From assembly GCA_964016885.1 (NCBI GenBank), contig OZ024756.1, positions 19,964,001 through 20,028,000 of the forward strand: DNA of 64,000 bases, read 5' to 3'. Source of the DNA: Eledone cirrhosa. Taxonomy: Eukaryota. A program made the position numbers and the translations under genes. The notes beneath the pieces were generated by a model that saw only the letters and a program-made list of their open reading frames with translations, was not told where the DNA came from and ran no database searches. How positions within the stretch are numbered: the first letter of the stretch is position 1; every line of letters starts with the position of its first letter. Of this stretch, positions 61,387 to 64,000 are shown piece after piece.

Positions 61387-61707
61387 CTGAGAGAGAGAGA
61401 GAGTCATTTATATATATTTCTGTCATTGCTTTATTATTACTGTGAATTGGCAGTATCGGTAGAGGGTCGGACGCCATGCTTTCCAGCATAGAGTTACGTC
61501 TCTTTACGGTCTGAGTTCAAATCCTGTCGAGGTTAACTTTGCCTTTCATCCTTACGGGGTCGATAAAATAAAGTACCAGTAATGCACTGGGTAATTGCTG
61601 GCCTTGTGCCAAAAGTAGAAACAATTATTAGTGTTGTTGTTATGTCTGTCATTGATTTGTTATTACTGTTGTGGTTATTTTTCTCACTGATTTATTTACT
61701 GTTGTTC

Positions 61708-61739
<32 letters not shown>

Positions 61740-61800
61740 ATATATGATTTAAAACTGCACTATCCACAAGTGTTTTTTAACCTTCATATCATGTCTTCCT

Positions 61801-61869
61801 GTTTTATCTGATGAAAACACAAATATTATTGCATGATGATATTTGTTTTTGAAATGCGCATAATAAAAT
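61801..61869 (+). ncRNA. Minimal type I hammerhead ribozyme motif
   Basis: GUUUUAU-CUGAUGA-AAACACAAAUAUUAUU..GAUGAUAUUUGUUUUU-GAAA-UGCGCA-UA-AUAAAAC. Confidence 0.8.
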
Positions 61870-62001
61870 ACATGGAACTCTTTTAACCATCTTTTGTTCT
61901 TATATATTATGTATACTCCAGTCCTACAAACTGTAGAGTGCTTCTTATCCGATATCTGCATTGCTTTATTGTACTACAATAAAACTCACCTCCTACATAT
62001 G

Positions 62002-62038
<37 letters not shown>

Positions 62039-62403
62039 AAACTTCTATCGTCCTTACACTTTTCTTAGTCTTTTATAACTCCTATTACTTTGGCACTTTC
62101 AATCTTGCACGCATCGTCAGGCTTTCAAATATTTAAACTTTAAATTTGCATTTCTTATTACACAATGCTTCAAGCAAACTACAACACTTTGTTATATATA
62201 TGTAAATGTGGTTGGTGTTAGGAAGGGCATCCAGCTGTAAAAAAGCTGCCAGAGACACTTCCGTACGAGCGAAACACGGTCTCCCGACCATTCCCGCATC
62301 AAATGGAACAAAACCGTCTAACCCATGCTAGCGTGGAAGATGGACGTTAAACGATGATGATGATGATGATGATGATGATGTGTGTGTAAGTATGCACACA
62401 CAT

Positions 62404-62455
<52 letters not shown>

Positions 62456-62529
62456 AGATGGCTTCCAAAAATAATGGTTGCATTTTAAAAGGGTACGTCA
62501 AAGCTTATTTGTAAAACTGTTATATATTG

Positions 62530-62594
62530 TATTTTGTCTGATGAAGGCATACCATAATTTAATTTGGTATCCCTGAAATATGTATAATGAAATA
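62530..62594 (+). ncRNA. Minimal type I hammerhead ribozyme motif
   Basis: UAUUUUGU-CUGAUGA-AGGCAUACCA..UGGUAUCCCU-GAAA-UAUGUA-UA-AUGAAAUA. Confidence 0.78.
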
Positions 62595-63073
62595 ATTATG
62601 GTTTTATAAATATAGTTTCCATTTATTTAATATTGTATATCTACTCCAAATACTTGTTGAATGCTTTATATCAGTTATAAAAATATTTACTTGTTGTATC
62701 CCAACAATTTTAAATAGAACTTTTGCATATATATATATATATATATAAATATATATAAACACACATATATATATAAATACATATGTACGTATGGGTTATA
62801 TCGAACACTAATAATTATTTCTACTTTTGGCACAAGGCCAGCAATTATTACTGGTACTTTATTTTATCGACCCCCGTAAGGATGAAAGGCAAAGTTAACC
62901 TTGGCGGGATTTGAACTCAGATTGGAAAGGGCCGTAACTCTATGCATCAAAGCATGGCGTCCGACCCTCTACCGATTCTGCCAATCCACCACCCTTGAAT
63001 CGAACACTAATAATAATGTTTGATTCGTTTGTGTTCGATATAACCCATATGTACATATATATATATGTATATA

Positions 63074-63148
<75 letters not shown>

Positions 63149-64000
63149 ATACAGTCCTATGCGAGCAAGACAGCCACTCTTGCCTCAAGTGGGAAAACCC
63201 CCGTCCAAACCCATGCAAGCGTGGAACACGGACGCTAAACCTGATGATGATGATGATGATGATGATGATGTGTGTACGTGTTCATACTTACAAGTATGTG
63301 TACGTGTTCATACTTACTGTGCTAGGGCAAGAAATACAATTCAAATTTCATTTTTTATATATATATCAGACAGGGTGTGGTAACATACCAGGTGGACCAT
63401 AACCCACCAGAGTACTCGATACTTGGGGTAGTAGAGTGGGTAATATGAAGAGATTCAGGACCCCGAAGGCCGAGCTCTGGCCGTTTCCACAACTAGATCT
63501 GTTGGGATTCTCATCATATCAACATCATTTTACGTCCCCTTTTCCCTGCTTGCAAGGGTGGGACGGGAACTGATTCTGGCTTGATTTCTACAGCTGGATG
63601 CCCTTCCTAACACCAACCTCATTTACAGTGAGTGCTGGGTGCTTTTTTCCGTGGCGCCTCCATGACCACTTTGCAGTGGAATGATAGGGACCCCAGTCCC
63701 TATCATCTCATTTCTACAGCTGAGTAAACTGGAGCAAACTGAGTAAACTGGTGCAAACTGGAGTAAACTGGAGCAATGTGAAATAAAGTGTCTTGCTCAA
63801 GGAAACAACACATCACCCGGTCTGAGAATTGAACTCACAACCTTTCGATTGCAAGGCCAATGCTCTAACCACTAAGCCATGTGCCTCCATATATATATAT
63901 TAGAAAGTGAGGTTTTTTTTTACAAAATGAAAAATAACCGAGGTGTCCTACACGAGTGAAAGTATAAGGGAAAATGAGGAAATCGAAAATGCAACTGGAG

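Noticed and set aside
62075-62125. Minus-strand CUGACGA...GAAA hammerhead candidate
   Set aside because: No valid UH triplet or stem I after GAAA; at most a decayed remnant.

Overview
Repeat-rich eukaryotic DNA, most likely from an octopod cephalopod (inferred from the SINE families and TA/CA microsatellite load; species not determinable here). The only protein-coding gene I can support is the 3' part of cytoplasmic dynein-2 heavy chain (DYNC2H1) on the minus strand. It has 22 GT-AG exons between 61386 and 15116 that splice in frame into 3574 nt (about 1190 aa plus stop), covering stalk CC2, AAA5, AAA6 and the C-terminal domain; the gene continues beyond the right edge. Almost all long ORFs in the supplied track are microsatellite artefacts. 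The introns hold SINEs, LINE remnants, MITEs, a Helitron-like element and a truncated Penelope-like element. The most notable signals are: (1) about a dozen type I hammerhead-ribozyme motifs of several sequence families in the introns, some with intact cores on the pre-mRNA strand and some in inverted pairs; (2) an 83-nt inverted intronic copy of one exon end plus its splice donor, which could act as an editing- or splicing-complementary sequence; (3) a candidate in-frame microexon; (4) a twin-priming-type inverted LINE. No searches or folding programs were run; alignments and pairings were made by eye.
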